Positions 17,713 to 26,748 are shown, numbered from the stretch's first letter. The stretch is 64,000 bases of DNA from a virus (IMGVR_UViG_3300048854_000232:192618-256617); one strand, 5' to 3'. The notes: a model not told the origin generated them from the letters alone. Made by a program: numbers and translations.

Positions 17713-18105
17713 GTGAACGATCCAATCAGGTTCAGCACCACGGTGGAAGAAAGTCTGATCCGCGCCGCCCATGCGTGTTTGGTTACGCATGTGCATAAAC
17801 TCGAACAGTACTATCAAACCCGCGCAATTCCGGATGACCCGTTAGAGATCCCCACTCTAGGGGTCGTTATCGTTACCCGCTTGGACCACGCACGTCGATT
17901 ACAAGCGAGTATTGCCGGATTGCTGTCCTGTTGCCATGACGGTAACGATTCCCACCACGCGGAGCGTGACCACCTCGAGAAAGTGTTGGCATCCACCACC
18001 ACACTCCTTGATCACATGGAAAGCCTGGCCACCCGCAGTCAAACGCTGGTGGCTGATCTGGCAACACATCGGCAGGCCGTTAAGGGCTGCTACCATGCCT
18101 ATTGA
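17713..18105 (+). CDS. hypothetical His-rich helical protein
   Basis: SD GGAG before GTG; atypical codon usage. Confidence 0.55.
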   Translation: MNDPIRFSTTVEESLIRAAHACLVTHVHKLEQYYQTRAIPDDPLEIPTLGVVIVTRLDHARRLQASIAGLLSCCHDGNDSHHAERDHLEKVLASTTTLLDHMESLATRSQTLVADLATHRQAVKGCYHAY

Positions 18106-18435
18106 GTCGCTGACGGTAATTTCTTACCCCATCAGGCGATGATATAGCAACAGGCCGCGATACCTGTTGAGGACGTGAACTTACGGTGTACACGTTCTAG
18201 TTTAGTGCCAGAATGCCTACTGGGGGTACGCTGGTTAAACCGTGTTGGTCGATTGCCGTCCATAGCCGTGGACAGCACCGACCCTGTTGGTCATGGTCGT
18301 GGGTGCGCTTTGAGCGCGCTCGCTTACGGGCGAGCCACTGCCGCCATGAGCAGCCTTCAGCATTTGATCCGTGGGGCCATAACCTCGGGCCGAGTGCTGA
18401 TGGATGTTCAGGGGAGCGTCGTTGCAAGGGGAGCA
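18106..18435 (+). ncRNA. candidate large structured non-coding RNA (~330 nt)
   Basis: At least seven contiguous stems including a multi-way junction; G-U pairs consistent with the + strand; no credible CDS; ends at a terminator. Confidence 0.55.
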
Positions 18436-18470
18436 TAGCGCCTAGGGAAAACCCTAGGCGTTTTATGCCG
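18433..18470 (+). terminator. hairpin-TATGCCG terminator
   Basis: GCATA-G-CGCCTAGGG-AAAA-CCCTAGGCG-TTTTATGCCG. Confidence 0.8.
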
Positions 18471-18505
18471 TCATCTTAACTTACCACTTTACGAAGGACC
18501 GCGAC

Positions 18506-19093
18506 ATGAAGTATTTGCGTTTGATCGCCCAGCAGGACCCGAGCCAGCCGATGGGCAAGGCGCTGTGGGACGTTAACCAGGACTGCGCCGCCCGCTATGC
18601 CGATCCGGGCTTTGGTAAAATGGGTCAGAAGACGGGGCAGGAACTCAAGGCGGGCATCCTCGTCATCGACGCGCTCATCGGTGAACGGCCCGCCAATCAG
18701 ACCCACGGCTTCGTGACCGAGATGGTCTACGTGGCACCGATCTGGGCCATGGGTTACATGCGGGCAGCCTTGCTGACCCTCTTCGACGAGCACGTCAACC
18801 GCGCCTGGCGGGGCGAGCCGGTTCCTTCGGCCGGTATGGTATCAGTCGATGATCTCTACTCGGCTGTCCTGCGCACGACCTCCCACCATGTCGTTACCCG
18901 CCGTGAACTGCTGATCGACCACGAACGACTCGCCTGCGTGTGGGAGATGTATCGCCAGCTCTATCTCCTGCAGGACATCGTCAAGGACTCGCAGCAGCAG
19001 GGCGCTCGCGGCGCCCACGCGAAGCTGATCGACATCCAGATCGGCGTGGAGATCATGGTGGTGAAGGTCAATTACACCGAAGGCACCTTTTAA
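18506..19093 (+). CDS. hypothetical protein (possible degenerate GNAT fold)
   Basis: SD AAGGA; VTEMVYVAPIWAMGY resembles GNAT motif A. Confidence 0.65.
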   Translation: MKYLRLIAQQDPSQPMGKALWDVNQDCAARYADPGFGKMGQKTGQELKAGILVIDALIGERPANQTHGFVTEMVYVAPIWAMGYMRAALLTLFDEHVNRAWRGEPVPSAGMVSVDDLYSAVLRTTSHHVVTRRELLIDHERLACVWEMYRQLYLLQDIVKDSQQQGARGAHAKLIDIQIGVEIMVVKVNYTEGTF

Positions 19094-19123
19094 TCACTTT
19101 ATCGGCAGTTAAGGATTTTAGTA

Positions 19124-19444
19124 ATGACCGATTTTTCTGAGTTCACCATCGGTGCACCCGATCGCTTGTCCATCTCTGCTGAGCGCAGCAAACAGGACCG
19201 TATCGACGCCGAACGCTGGCGGGCCCTGATGGCCTCTGCCCGCCTTCGCATGCTTGGGACGGCGGGCTTCAAGAGCGAAGACCCCAACGACAAGTACCGT
19301 CACATGGGTCTGGAGCTGTGGACCCAGTACGGCGGTAACCCTGCCGATCACGTCGCCGGTAATGCGGAGGCCTGTGCGAAACTTACAGCGTATGCTGACG
19401 TTATGCGGGAGCTTCAGGACACGCCGCCGACTCCGTCCACCTGA
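19124..19444 (+). CDS. hypothetical protein
   Basis: SD AAGGA. Confidence 0.7.
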   Translation: MTDFSEFTIGAPDRLSISAERSKQDRIDAERWRALMASARLRMLGTAGFKSEDPNDKYRHMGLELWTQYGGNPADHVAGNAEACAKLTAYADVMRELQDTPPTPST

Positions 19445-19472
19445 CCTTCACCTCATTGATTGAGATCCTTCT

Positions 19473-19937
19473 ATGCCCACGCAGCAGCCACCTCAGGAAC
19501 TGTCGTCCAACCGACCGTATCTGTTTCGTGCGATCTACGAGTGGCTGACTGCCAATCAGCAGACACCGCACATTCGCATCAACGACACCCAAGCCCCGGG
19601 TGTGCGTGTACCGCCGCAGTTCCATACTGGCAACCCACTGATCCTGAACATCGCCAAGGTCGCAGTCGCAGACCTGGTCATGGCCAACGAGGGCATCTCC
19701 TTCTCGGCACGTTTTAACGGGCGTCAGTTCGAGATCTACGTGCCGATGGACGCCATCGCCATGCTTTACGGTCGCGAGTCCGGTGCTGGCATGCTGTTTC
19801 CGGATGAGGACTTCAATCCGGAACCGGAGAAGGTCCCTGAGCTCGCCGATCAGGACGCCGTGGTCGAAGAGACCGTACCGGAACCGCGCGATCCCAATCC
19901 GGATCCGCGTCGTGCCCACCTGCGTGTGGTGAAGTAA
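19473..19937 (+). CDS. sspB: ClpXP protease specificity-enhancing factor SspB
   Basis: RPYLFRAIYEW, ILNI, ISFSARFNG and YGRESGAGMLF motifs; C-terminal ClpX-binding LRVVK. Confidence 0.93.
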   Translation: MPTQQPPQELSSNRPYLFRAIYEWLTANQQTPHIRINDTQAPGVRVPPQFHTGNPLILNIAKVAVADLVMANEGISFSARFNGRQFEIYVPMDAIAMLYGRESGAGMLFPDEDFNPEPEKVPELADQDAVVEETVPEPRDPNPDPRRAHLRVVK

Positions 19938-20002
19938 ACCCTCCGCTAGCTCAGAGATCCTGCGGGGTCTCTGGGCGGCCTATGCTTTTACAGGAGTTAG
20001 AC

Positions 20003-21061
20003 ATGTCCATCAGTGCCGTTTCTGTCTTTCAGGAAATCCACGACCTGATCGTCACGCTGTTCACCCGCAACAGCGTCGCGCGTCTCCAGAGCCTCCACCG
20101 TACCGTCGTCATGTCCGCAGAAGAGATCGGCAAGCTCGAAGATAATTGCCGCAAGGCGCTCGATGAGTTGCTGCCCACGGAGTTTTACGGCCGTGACGCC
20201 TCAGACGAAGAAGTGGCGCTCTTAGAAGACCTGCGCACTAGCGTGCGTGTTAACAAGCCAGTCAGTCTGCAAGAGCAGGACGCTTACTGGGCTCGCCTGG
20301 AAGCACTCCCGCACCTCCACCAACAAGCCGAAGCCGTCGAAGCCGAGGCCGTGAAGGTCAACGAGGTCCTGATCGAGATTCCCGAGGGCCTGCTAAACGA
20401 ACACGGTCACTTGACCGGGTTCTTGGACTGGTTCCGCTCCACCGGCATGGTGATCCCGCCCAAGACCCGTCTGGTCGGTCTGTATAAGGCCAAGAACGCA
20501 CGGGGCGAGGACGTCTACTGCCGTGCCGAGATCTTCGAGCCGAAGTGGCTGCGGCAGTACCTTCCGGAGAAGGACGCCACGAACTACATTACCGACGATG
20601 TGGTGGTCGAACATATCCAAGGTAACATGATCAAGGCGGAGCACTTCCCGTACATCAAGGCGATCCCTGCGGAAGGGGAAATTCCTGACATCATCTGGCG
20701 TAAGGGGTTGCCCGGTTACGAGGAGGGGATCTACCAGTACAGCGTCAACTACATCTACATGTGGATGGACCGGAACCTCTACGCCTGGTGGCATGCCGTG
20801 GTCCAGGATAAGAACAATCCCAAGGACAGTGCAGAGTGCCGTCGCCTGTGGAAGGACAAGACCTTCGCCACCCCGCTGTACGATATCAGCTGGCGGGGTA
20901 AGGAGTCGCCTTCACGACCCACACGTGAAGAGCTGCAGTTCTTCGAGAGGATCCGTACCCAGCATCGGACCAACGAGAACCCCTCAGTGGAATGGATCGA
21001 CGCCGTGCTGCGCGATATGCTCACCCTGTCTAACGTGAACTGGTTGGCCGGGTCGGAGTAA
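20003..21061 (+). CDS. hypothetical protein
   Basis: Long ORF with SD AGGAG. Confidence 0.75.
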   Translation: MSISAVSVFQEIHDLIVTLFTRNSVARLQSLHRTVVMSAEEIGKLEDNCRKALDELLPTEFYGRDASDEEVALLEDLRTSVRVNKPVSLQEQDAYWARLEALPHLHQQAEAVEAEAVKVNEVLIEIPEGLLNEHGHLTGFLDWFRSTGMVIPPKTRLVGLYKAKNARGEDVYCRAEIFEPKWLRQYLPEKDATNYITDDVVVEHIQGNMIKAEHFPYIKAIPAEGEIPDIIWRKGLPGYEEGIYQYSVNYIYMWMDRNLYAWWHAVVQDKNNPKDSAECRRLWKDKTFATPLYDISWRGKESPSRPTREELQFFERIRTQHRTNENPSVEWIDAVLRDMLTLSNVNWLAGSE

Positions 21062-21121
21062 TCCCTTACGGGAGAGTGGACTGATATGTACTTTCAGCCA
21101 CTCTCCCAAAAGGACCTCACT

Positions 21122-21640
21122 GTGACCGAGACTTCGTTCGTCAAGACCTCCCGCATCAACCACATCGCCGGCAATCTGATCGGCGATCCGAACAACCCGG
21201 ATTGGGCTGCCCTGGAACGTCAGATCAACCTGATCCAGTCCGAACTGGACGAGGCCAAGGACTCCCTGGCCAAGCGCGACATCGAGACCCTGCGTGATGA
21301 CGTGGGCGATGTGCTCTTCACCGCCTATGGTCTGGGTCACCGTGCCGGCTTCCCGGTGGACGAAGACTTCGGCGAAGTGTGCCGTTCGAACATGACCAAG
21401 TTCGACAGCAACGAAGACGACGCGGTCGGGACCGTCCTCAAGTACGAGAAGATCGGTGTCGAAGCCCGCGCCACGCCCAAGGTCGTGATCGTCGATGGCG
21501 TGACCAAGACCTTCTACGTCACCCACTCGACCAAGGACCAGACCGGCACCGACGGCCGCTCCTACCCGGGTGGCAAGTGGCTCAAGTCGTTCCGCTTCGA
21601 AGAGCCGGTGTATTCCAACCTTTCCACTGCCGAGGCATAA
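21122..21640 (+). CDS. MazG/PRA-PH-like nucleotide pyrophosphohydrolase
   Basis: LIQSELDE..RDDVGDVLFTAYG..EVCRSNMTK. Confidence 0.8.
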   Translation: MTETSFVKTSRINHIAGNLIGDPNNPDWAALERQINLIQSELDEAKDSLAKRDIETLRDDVGDVLFTAYGLGHRAGFPVDEDFGEVCRSNMTKFDSNEDDAVGTVLKYEKIGVEARATPKVVIVDGVTKTFYVTHSTKDQTGTDGRSYPGGKWLKSFRFEEPVYSNLSTAEA

Positions 21641-21644
21641 TCGC

Positions 21645-21968
21645 ATGGGCGTCCAGGTCGAAGCCGGTCCGTATGAAATCAACACCACGATCGCCGCTCG
21701 CCTGGTCAGTCACCTGACCCATCGCTGGTACGACGAAGCACGCGATGCCGTGGGCGATGACCCTGAGTCGGGTCCTCAACAGTTTCGCATCGACGCTTTC
21801 GCACTTCAGCGTGCGGATCATGTCGTGCCGAAGACGTACAAGGCGTATCGGCTTCGCCCTGAACCACGGCTACCGCTGTTTGATTTCACCGAAGAAGATT
21901 TCGATAGGGCCCGGGAGTTTATCCACCAGGCCGCGGTCGCAGGATTGTCGGCGGATTACAGTTACTGA
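21645..21968 (+). CDS. hypothetical protein
   Basis: Coupled to the upstream gene; ends before a hairpin. Confidence 0.6.
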   Translation: MGVQVEAGPYEINTTIAARLVSHLTHRWYDEARDAVGDDPESGPQQFRIDAFALQRADHVVPKTYKAYRLRPEPRLPLFDFTEEDFDRAREFIHQAAVAGLSADYSY

Positions 21969-21970
21969 GT

Positions 21971-22009
21971 GCATAAAACGAGGGAGCCTCAGGGCTCCCT
22001 CTTATGCCG
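21971..22009. terminator. hairpin-TATGCCG element
   Basis: GCATAAAAC-GAGGGAGCC-TCAG-GGCTCCCTC-TTATGCCG. Confidence 0.8.
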
Positions 22010-22032
22010 CAAATTTCGTCGATTGAACGGTT

Positions 22033-22049
22033 TTTCAGACACATAGTAC
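22033..22049 (+). promoter_or_regulatory. phiKZ-like early promoter
   Basis: TTTCAGACACATAGTAC preceded by TTGAACG, as at 15603. Confidence 0.65.
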
Positions 22050-22096
22050 CTTTGGGAATAGCAAGCCTAATCAAGTTAACCGAAGTGTTAAACCCT

Positions 22097-22138
22097 TCCC
22101 TGTGCGAAGGTGGGCGCATGGGGATTACTCCTCCCACC
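22097..22138 (+). promoter_or_regulatory. predicted H-type pseudoknot in the 5' leader
   Basis: Stem TCCCTGTGCG/CGCATGGGGA; loop GGTGGG pairs with downstream CCCACC just before the SD. Confidence 0.45.
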
Positions 22139-22159
22139 ATACTAAAAGGAAATACACAC

Positions 22160-22660
22160 ATGTTCAGCAAGATCCGCAACACCCTCGTCGCTGCTGCCCT
22201 CGCTCTCGTGGTTTCCGGTACCGCCATCGCTGGTGACGGTTCGGCCGCCGGCCAGATCGGTGCCTACGGTGCGATCGCCGGTGGCGTCACCGCCAGCCAG
22301 TACGCCTCGTCCGCGTCCGGCACGGCTTCGTCCGATGCGGCCGGTGGTGGCCAGGCCACGGCCGGCGTCGTCGGTACCGGCAAGAGCGTTCACAGCACGT
22401 ACGGCAGCGACACCTCGACCGCCACGGCCGCTGGCCAGGTGGGCAAGGGCTATGCGGTCACGCAGACCAGCGGCAGCAACTCGGCCTACGGCGAAGCGGT
22501 CGGCAAGAACACCGGTTCGGGTACGGGTTCCTCGGACACCCAGAACGGCGGCGACTATGCTTCGAAAGCCAACAGCGGCTTCATCGTGAACTACGCCGGC
22601 ACCGATGCTTCGGCCTGGGCCGCTGGCGTCGTCGGCGCGTACGGCTCGTTCCACTACTGA
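22160..22660 (+). CDS. secreted Gly/Ala/Ser/Thr-rich protein
   Basis: Signal peptide MFSKIRNTLVAAALALVVSGTAIA; low-complexity mature region; strong codon bias. Confidence 0.8.
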   Translation: MFSKIRNTLVAAALALVVSGTAIAGDGSAAGQIGAYGAIAGGVTASQYASSASGTASSDAAGGGQATAGVVGTGKSVHSTYGSDTSTATAAGQVGKGYAVTQTSGSNSAYGEAVGKNTGSGTGSSDTQNGGDYASKANSGFIVNYAGTDASAWAAGVVGAYGSFHY

Positions 22661-22751
22661 TCGGCAACGATCGGCTTAAGTCCCAGCCTGCTTGTGCAGG
22701 CTGGGCTTTTCCCTCCTCAACGTACACTGTTTCTACAGGGGTTCCAATAAC

Positions 22752-23498
22752 GTGAAAGTCATTCGTGTAATGGCCGCTTGTGTGGCCATGGCCCTTGCAG
22801 GGCAGGCGTTCGCTCAGGACTCGACGTCCAACGCACTCGGCAATGCCAACTCGGTCGCCAATAACCAGGCGGGCGCGTCGGCGCAGAACGCCGGTGTCAA
22901 TGCCTCCATCTATCAGATCAGCGATGGTCGGATGAGTGGCGGTTACGACATCACCTCCAAGGCCCAGGTGCCGATCTCCACGGTCGGCTACGGTAGCTTC
23001 AGCCAGAACAGCTGCATCACCTCCATCGGCGGTGGTGCAACGACGCGTCTGTTCAGCTTCGTGTACAACGGCCCGAAGGCCGACATCAACTGCCAGCATG
23101 TGGTGGCCGGTGATGCCTTCGGTCGTGCCGCACAGCTGGCCATGCAGATCAAGCAGCCCCAGAAGGCGCTCGCTTCGCTCAGCATGGTGTTCTTCGCCTA
23201 CTGCACCGGCGATGAAGACATGAAGACGGCCTGCATCACGATGGGTCTGATCCGCGATACCGGCAAGACCCGCAAGGTCGACGGTAACCAGGTCGCTATC
23301 GTGGTGCCGATGCCGGCGGAAGACCTGCCGCCCGCGGCAGTGGCAACGATGCTCCCGAATCTGCCGGCTGACCAGCAGGCGCTTGTGGCCGATGACTCGG
23401 CTCACAAGTCCTCGCCGGTGAATCTGCCGCCGATTCCCGAGAACGCAAACGCTGAAGCATGGCGTACGGCCCATTGGGCCAGCGCCAACACGCACTAA
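22752..23498 (+). CDS. secreted protein with Asn/Ala-rich N-terminus and four-Cys core
   Basis: Signal peptide ending AFA-Q; four Cys in the mature region. Confidence 0.75.
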   Translation: MKVIRVMAACVAMALAGQAFAQDSTSNALGNANSVANNQAGASAQNAGVNASIYQISDGRMSGGYDITSKAQVPISTVGYGSFSQNSCITSIGGGATTRLFSFVYNGPKADINCQHVVAGDAFGRAAQLAMQIKQPQKALASLSMVFFAYCTGDEDMKTACITMGLIRDTGKTRKVDGNQVAIVVPMPAEDLPPAAVATMLPNLPADQQALVADDSAHKSSPVNLPPIPENANAEAWRTAHWASANTH

Positions 23499-23500
23499 GG

Positions 23501-23531
23501 AAAGAAGGGGCATTTCGCCCCTTCTTTTTTT
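23501..23531. terminator. intrinsic terminator
   Basis: AAAGAAGGGGC-ATTTC-GCCCCTTCTTT plus T tract. Confidence 0.85.
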
Positions 23532-23571
23532 CTCTCTTTGTCTGCCACCTAAAACAGGGGTGTAACGCGTC

Positions 23572-24171
23572 ATGGGTAAACGGATTCTTTTCTTAGACCT
23601 GCACCGCCCTCAGGCTGCTGAGGGACAGACGGCGCAGGCTCGCGCAGCGGAGCTGCACAAGCACTTGAAAATTACAGGCGGTGACTATCTTCTGTGCGAT
23701 ACGTACGTCCAGCGCTGCGAAATCGAACGGGACGATGATCATTGCTCGATCTTTGCCGTGACCACTGCGCCGGACATCGACGATGCCCTGCTGGTGGAGC
23801 TGTTCAGCATGCTGGTGTCCGAAAGCGCCTACAGCGACAACCCGGCACACGTGGTGTCCCCTGCCCTCTACCAGGCTGCCTTCAAGCGGCTGGGTCGGGC
23901 CGTCCCGGATCTGCGTACCTGCCATGCGCGAGTCGAGCAGCTGCGCGCGCTGTGGTGGGGCTTCCAGGAGTTCAAGCAGCTGTATCGCTTCAACCCCAAC
24001 GTCCAGCCGGCGCGGATGCGCTTCTACAACGGCATCTGGCACCTGCTGTACGAGATGGACGCTACCCCGGGTGTGGTCCGTTTGGAGCTGGAAGATCTGC
24101 GCAAGATCACCAGCCTCAAGAAGGTCTATCCGGTCCAGCAGTACTACAAGCAGCTGGAAGTCACGGCATAA
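23572..24171 (+). CDS. hypothetical protein
   Basis: 199-aa ORF with good codon bias. Confidence 0.7.
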   Translation: MGKRILFLDLHRPQAAEGQTAQARAAELHKHLKITGGDYLLCDTYVQRCEIERDDDHCSIFAVTTAPDIDDALLVELFSMLVSESAYSDNPAHVVSPALYQAAFKRLGRAVPDLRTCHARVEQLRALWWGFQEFKQLYRFNPNVQPARMRFYNGIWHLLYEMDATPGVVRLELEDLRKITSLKKVYPVQQYYKQLEVTA

Positions 24172-24205
24172 AACTGCTCTCCCTTCACGGGAGAGCAGGC
24201 ATGCG

Positions 24206-24616
24206 CTACTTGGCAGCCGGGTGACCCAGCAAGTACTGAATGACGAAAGTCACCAGCGACGCGTAGGTCGATCCGTGAATCAGGGTAACCCACTTGGCCA
24301 CGGCCATGAAGCTATCCTGACTCGCGATCGGCAGCTTGTGCTTGATCTTTCCGTAACTGACCATCCAACGAAACACACCGTCGGCAACCGCCAGGATTCC
24401 CGCGATCTGGTAGTTGGTGTAGAGCAGCAGAATGCCGAACGCGCTCACTGCATGCAAAGCAGCGATCGTATTGACTGCGCCCATCCAGCCCTGCTCGGCG
24501 GTACGGGATTTGTAAAAGCTGGTCTTCTCCAGCAGACCAATAGCAATGGCCTTGACCAGGAAGAACGCGGCCAAGGACACGATGACGCCCCAGAAGGGCA
24601 AGAGTTTCGGCAACAT
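24206..24616 (-). CDS. hypothetical multi-pass membrane protein
   Basis: Three to four hydrophobic helices; SD AAGGG. Confidence 0.7.
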   Translation of the reverse strand: MLPKLLPFWGVIVSLAAFFLVKAIAIGLLEKTSFYKSRTAEQGWMGAVNTIAALHAVSAFGILLLYTNYQIAGILAVADGVFRWMVSYGKIKHKLPIASQDSFMAVAKWVTLIHGSTYASLVTFVIQYLLGHPAAK

Positions 24617-24678
24617 GGATACACCCTTCTTTTTTGTCGTGAGGCGGCTACCTCATACGAATAACCACGGAGACAGAT

Positions 24679-24975
24679 ATGGCAAACGAAACCCTCGGTA
24701 ACCAGCTGGCTAAGCTGCTGGAGCACAAGCTGTCGAAGATGCCGATGGCGGCCAAACCCCAGCCCAAGCCGCAGCGGACCGATAACGGCCTGGTCCTGAC
24801 CAAACCGGTCAAACCCACCCCGGTGACGCTCCAGCAGAAGATTGATGCGAACCTGAAGGCCCGTCGCGAGGCCAAGGGTAAGGCCACCCCGAGCGAGATG
24901 GCCAAGGCCCAGCAGAACATGGCCCGCGATCTGCATACTACCTACGGTAAAGGAACCTCCAATGGCAATCGTTAA
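24679..24975 (+). CDS. hypothetical basic protein
   Basis: SD GGAG; Lys/Pro-rich. Confidence 0.7.
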   Translation: MANETLGNQLAKLLEHKLSKMPMAAKPQPKPQRTDNGLVLTKPVKPTPVTLQQKIDANLKARREAKGKATPSEMAKAQQNMARDLHTTYGKGTSNGNR

Positions 24976-25327
24976 CGAGCCGGTCACCTGGATCTACTAC
25001 AAGGGTGAGCCCGATCCGGACGACACCCCGGAGAAGCGTCAAGCCCGTGCGATTGCCTGGCGGCATCGGCTGTACCGCGGGGTGTTCATCCACCGGCACA
25101 AGTGGCGTAAGGCCAAGCGGGGCTTGAGCAAGCGCAACTTCAAGCACGGTGAGCAGTGGGAACGGCATCCCCGTGACAGCGCAAGCACGCGCCGGCACAA
25201 GCGGGTCAAGATGGTTCTGGACATCGAGACTGATCTGAGTCGGCCGATTCCCGGCCAGCAGGTGCTGGCTTCGCTCCGTACCGCCGATCAGACCATCTTG
25301 CTAACAAAGGAGCAGGTCCTTGGCTGA
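24962..25327 (+). CDS. small basic protein, RGxxxHxHK family
   Basis: RGVFIHRHK motif. Confidence 0.65.
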   Translation: MAIVNEPVTWIYYKGEPDPDDTPEKRQARAIAWRHRLYRGVFIHRHKWRKAKRGLSKRNFKHGEQWERHPRDSASTRRHKRVKMVLDIETDLSRPIPGQQVLASLRTADQTILLTKEQVLG

Positions 25328-25589
25328 GCACGAACATCTATCGATGCACGGCCTGAGCCGTGAGCAGTCGGCTCCGGACGAATCCTCCAAGGCGGTGCTC
25401 AAAGAGCGCGATAGGACCTTTGCCGCCTTCCGGGAAGCCGGTCTGGAGACCAACGCCGAAATGCGACGGTCGTGGAAGCGGGCCTTTGCGATCGCCCAGG
25501 CCAAGGAGCATCGGGCACTGCGTGGTAAGTACGTCCACACCCACAAGGGCCACAAGCCCAAGCACGGTATTTCGTACCGGAGGAAGTGA
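25320..25589 (+). CDS. small basic protein, RGxxxHxHK family
   Basis: RGKYVHTHK motif; SD GGAG. Confidence 0.65.
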   Translation: MAEHEHLSMHGLSREQSAPDESSKAVLKERDRTFAAFREAGLETNAEMRRSWKRAFAIAQAKEHRALRGKYVHTHKGHKPKHGISYRRK

Positions 25590-25825
25590 TCATGCCTGAC
25601 GCGCTGTATAACGAATGGGCGTCCTGGCATCGGGGCGACTTCCTGCATAGCCACAAGGGACGTAGTCCCAAGCGAGGCAACCCGTACCGTCGCGGTAACG
25701 TGCATCTGACCAAGTTCCGCCCCTCGGTGCGGTTGTGCGGGGAGGGGGAGTTCCACAGCAAGACGCGTGAGAACTTTCGGAACCGGCGGTCGAGGCGCCT
25801 CATTACAAGGATGGACCGTGAATAA
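25586..25825 (+). CDS. small basic protein, RGxxxHxHK family
   Basis: RGDFLHSHK motif; overlapping start/stop. Confidence 0.6.
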   Translation: MIMPDALYNEWASWHRGDFLHSHKGRSPKRGNPYRRGNVHLTKFRPSVRLCGEGEFHSKTRENFRNRRSRRLITRMDRE

Positions 25826-26234
25826 CTTCAAGCGTTTCTTGCAAACCCCCACGGCACTGGCGGTGTTGTACAGTGTCAACGCGCTGCTTGCGGTGGGGCT
25901 GGGGATTGCGGCCGGGACGTATGCGAATGCGGGGATCGATCGGGATCGAGCCAAGATCATTGACGAGGTCGTTCAGGTCCATCCCCACCTTCGTACCATG
26001 TGCGAATCGGTGCAGGCCGCGGTACCGCTTGCACTGATCATGGCAGCCGCTGTGATGTTCTTCCTGCTAGCAATCATCTTCCTGGTGATGGCGGTTAACT
26101 CCATTCGCTACGGACGCTTCCTCAAAGCGGGCGGAGAACCGGATCTGTGGCATGCGTACTGCACGGACCGGGCCTCGTACAACATCATCGCCGACACGCG
26201 CGAATACGCTCGACGGACTTCTGTCAGATCTTAA
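25818..26234 (+). CDS. hypothetical membrane protein
   Basis: Two TM helices. Confidence 0.7.
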   Translation: MNNFKRFLQTPTALAVLYSVNALLAVGLGIAAGTYANAGIDRDRAKIIDEVVQVHPHLRTMCESVQAAVPLALIMAAAVMFFLLAIIFLVMAVNSIRYGRFLKAGGEPDLWHAYCTDRASYNIIADTREYARRTSVRS

Positions 26235-26285
26235 ACACATCGGCTCCCCATCAAGGGGAGCCTTTTATTCGTTAAGGACATCACC

Positions 26286-26678
26286 ATGCCACTAGCAGTT
26301 ATCAAACTGGAACCCACCCTGTCCGCCGAAGAGCTCGAAGATGAGATCTTCCGCATCGAAAGCGTGCGGGTCGTCATTCGGGTGCGGCGCCCGGACAATG
26401 TCAAGGCTCCGTGGAGCAAACCCATTACCATGGACGAGCCGCGGTTCATGAGCTACGCGGCCCGCTTCAAGGAACCGGCCAGAGCCAAGAGCAAGCCGAC
26501 CATCGGGCGACTGCGGGAACGCATTCTGACCATCATGCACGGCAGCGACAAGGGTTATACCTATCAGTTCGCCATCATCACTCGTGACGGTTATTGCCTG
26601 CCTGGCATTCTCTCCTCGCACGTTCGTCAACCGTTCTCCCACGGCGACTCCCTCGACCTGATTCGGTTCCCGCGGTGA
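26286..26678 (+). CDS. hypothetical protein, paralogue of 27644..28012
   Basis: ELE.EI..IE.VRV and LDLIR motifs shared. Confidence 0.7.
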   Translation: MPLAVIKLEPTLSAEELEDEIFRIESVRVVIRVRRPDNVKAPWSKPITMDEPRFMSYAARFKEPARAKSKPTIGRLRERILTIMHGSDKGYTYQFAIITRDGYCLPGILSSHVRQPFSHGDSLDLIRFPR

Positions 26679-26748
26679 TCCTGGTCTGAGGTGTATTCCT
26701 TTACTGGCGCCCGTTGAGTTATGACTCAATCGCCAGTAAAGGATTTCC

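Noticed and set aside
18106-18435. tmRNA, RNase P RNA or group I intron (size fits, sspB is nearby)
   Set aside because: No tRNA-like ends or CCA; no tag frame ending in AA-stop; no GAGGAAAGTCC; no ordered P/Q/R/S elements and no interrupted gene.
18175-18479. Short ORFs 18175..18438, 18213..18479 and 18197..18436
   Set aside because: No convincing SD, poor codon bias, and they overlap the terminator; better explained as non-coding.
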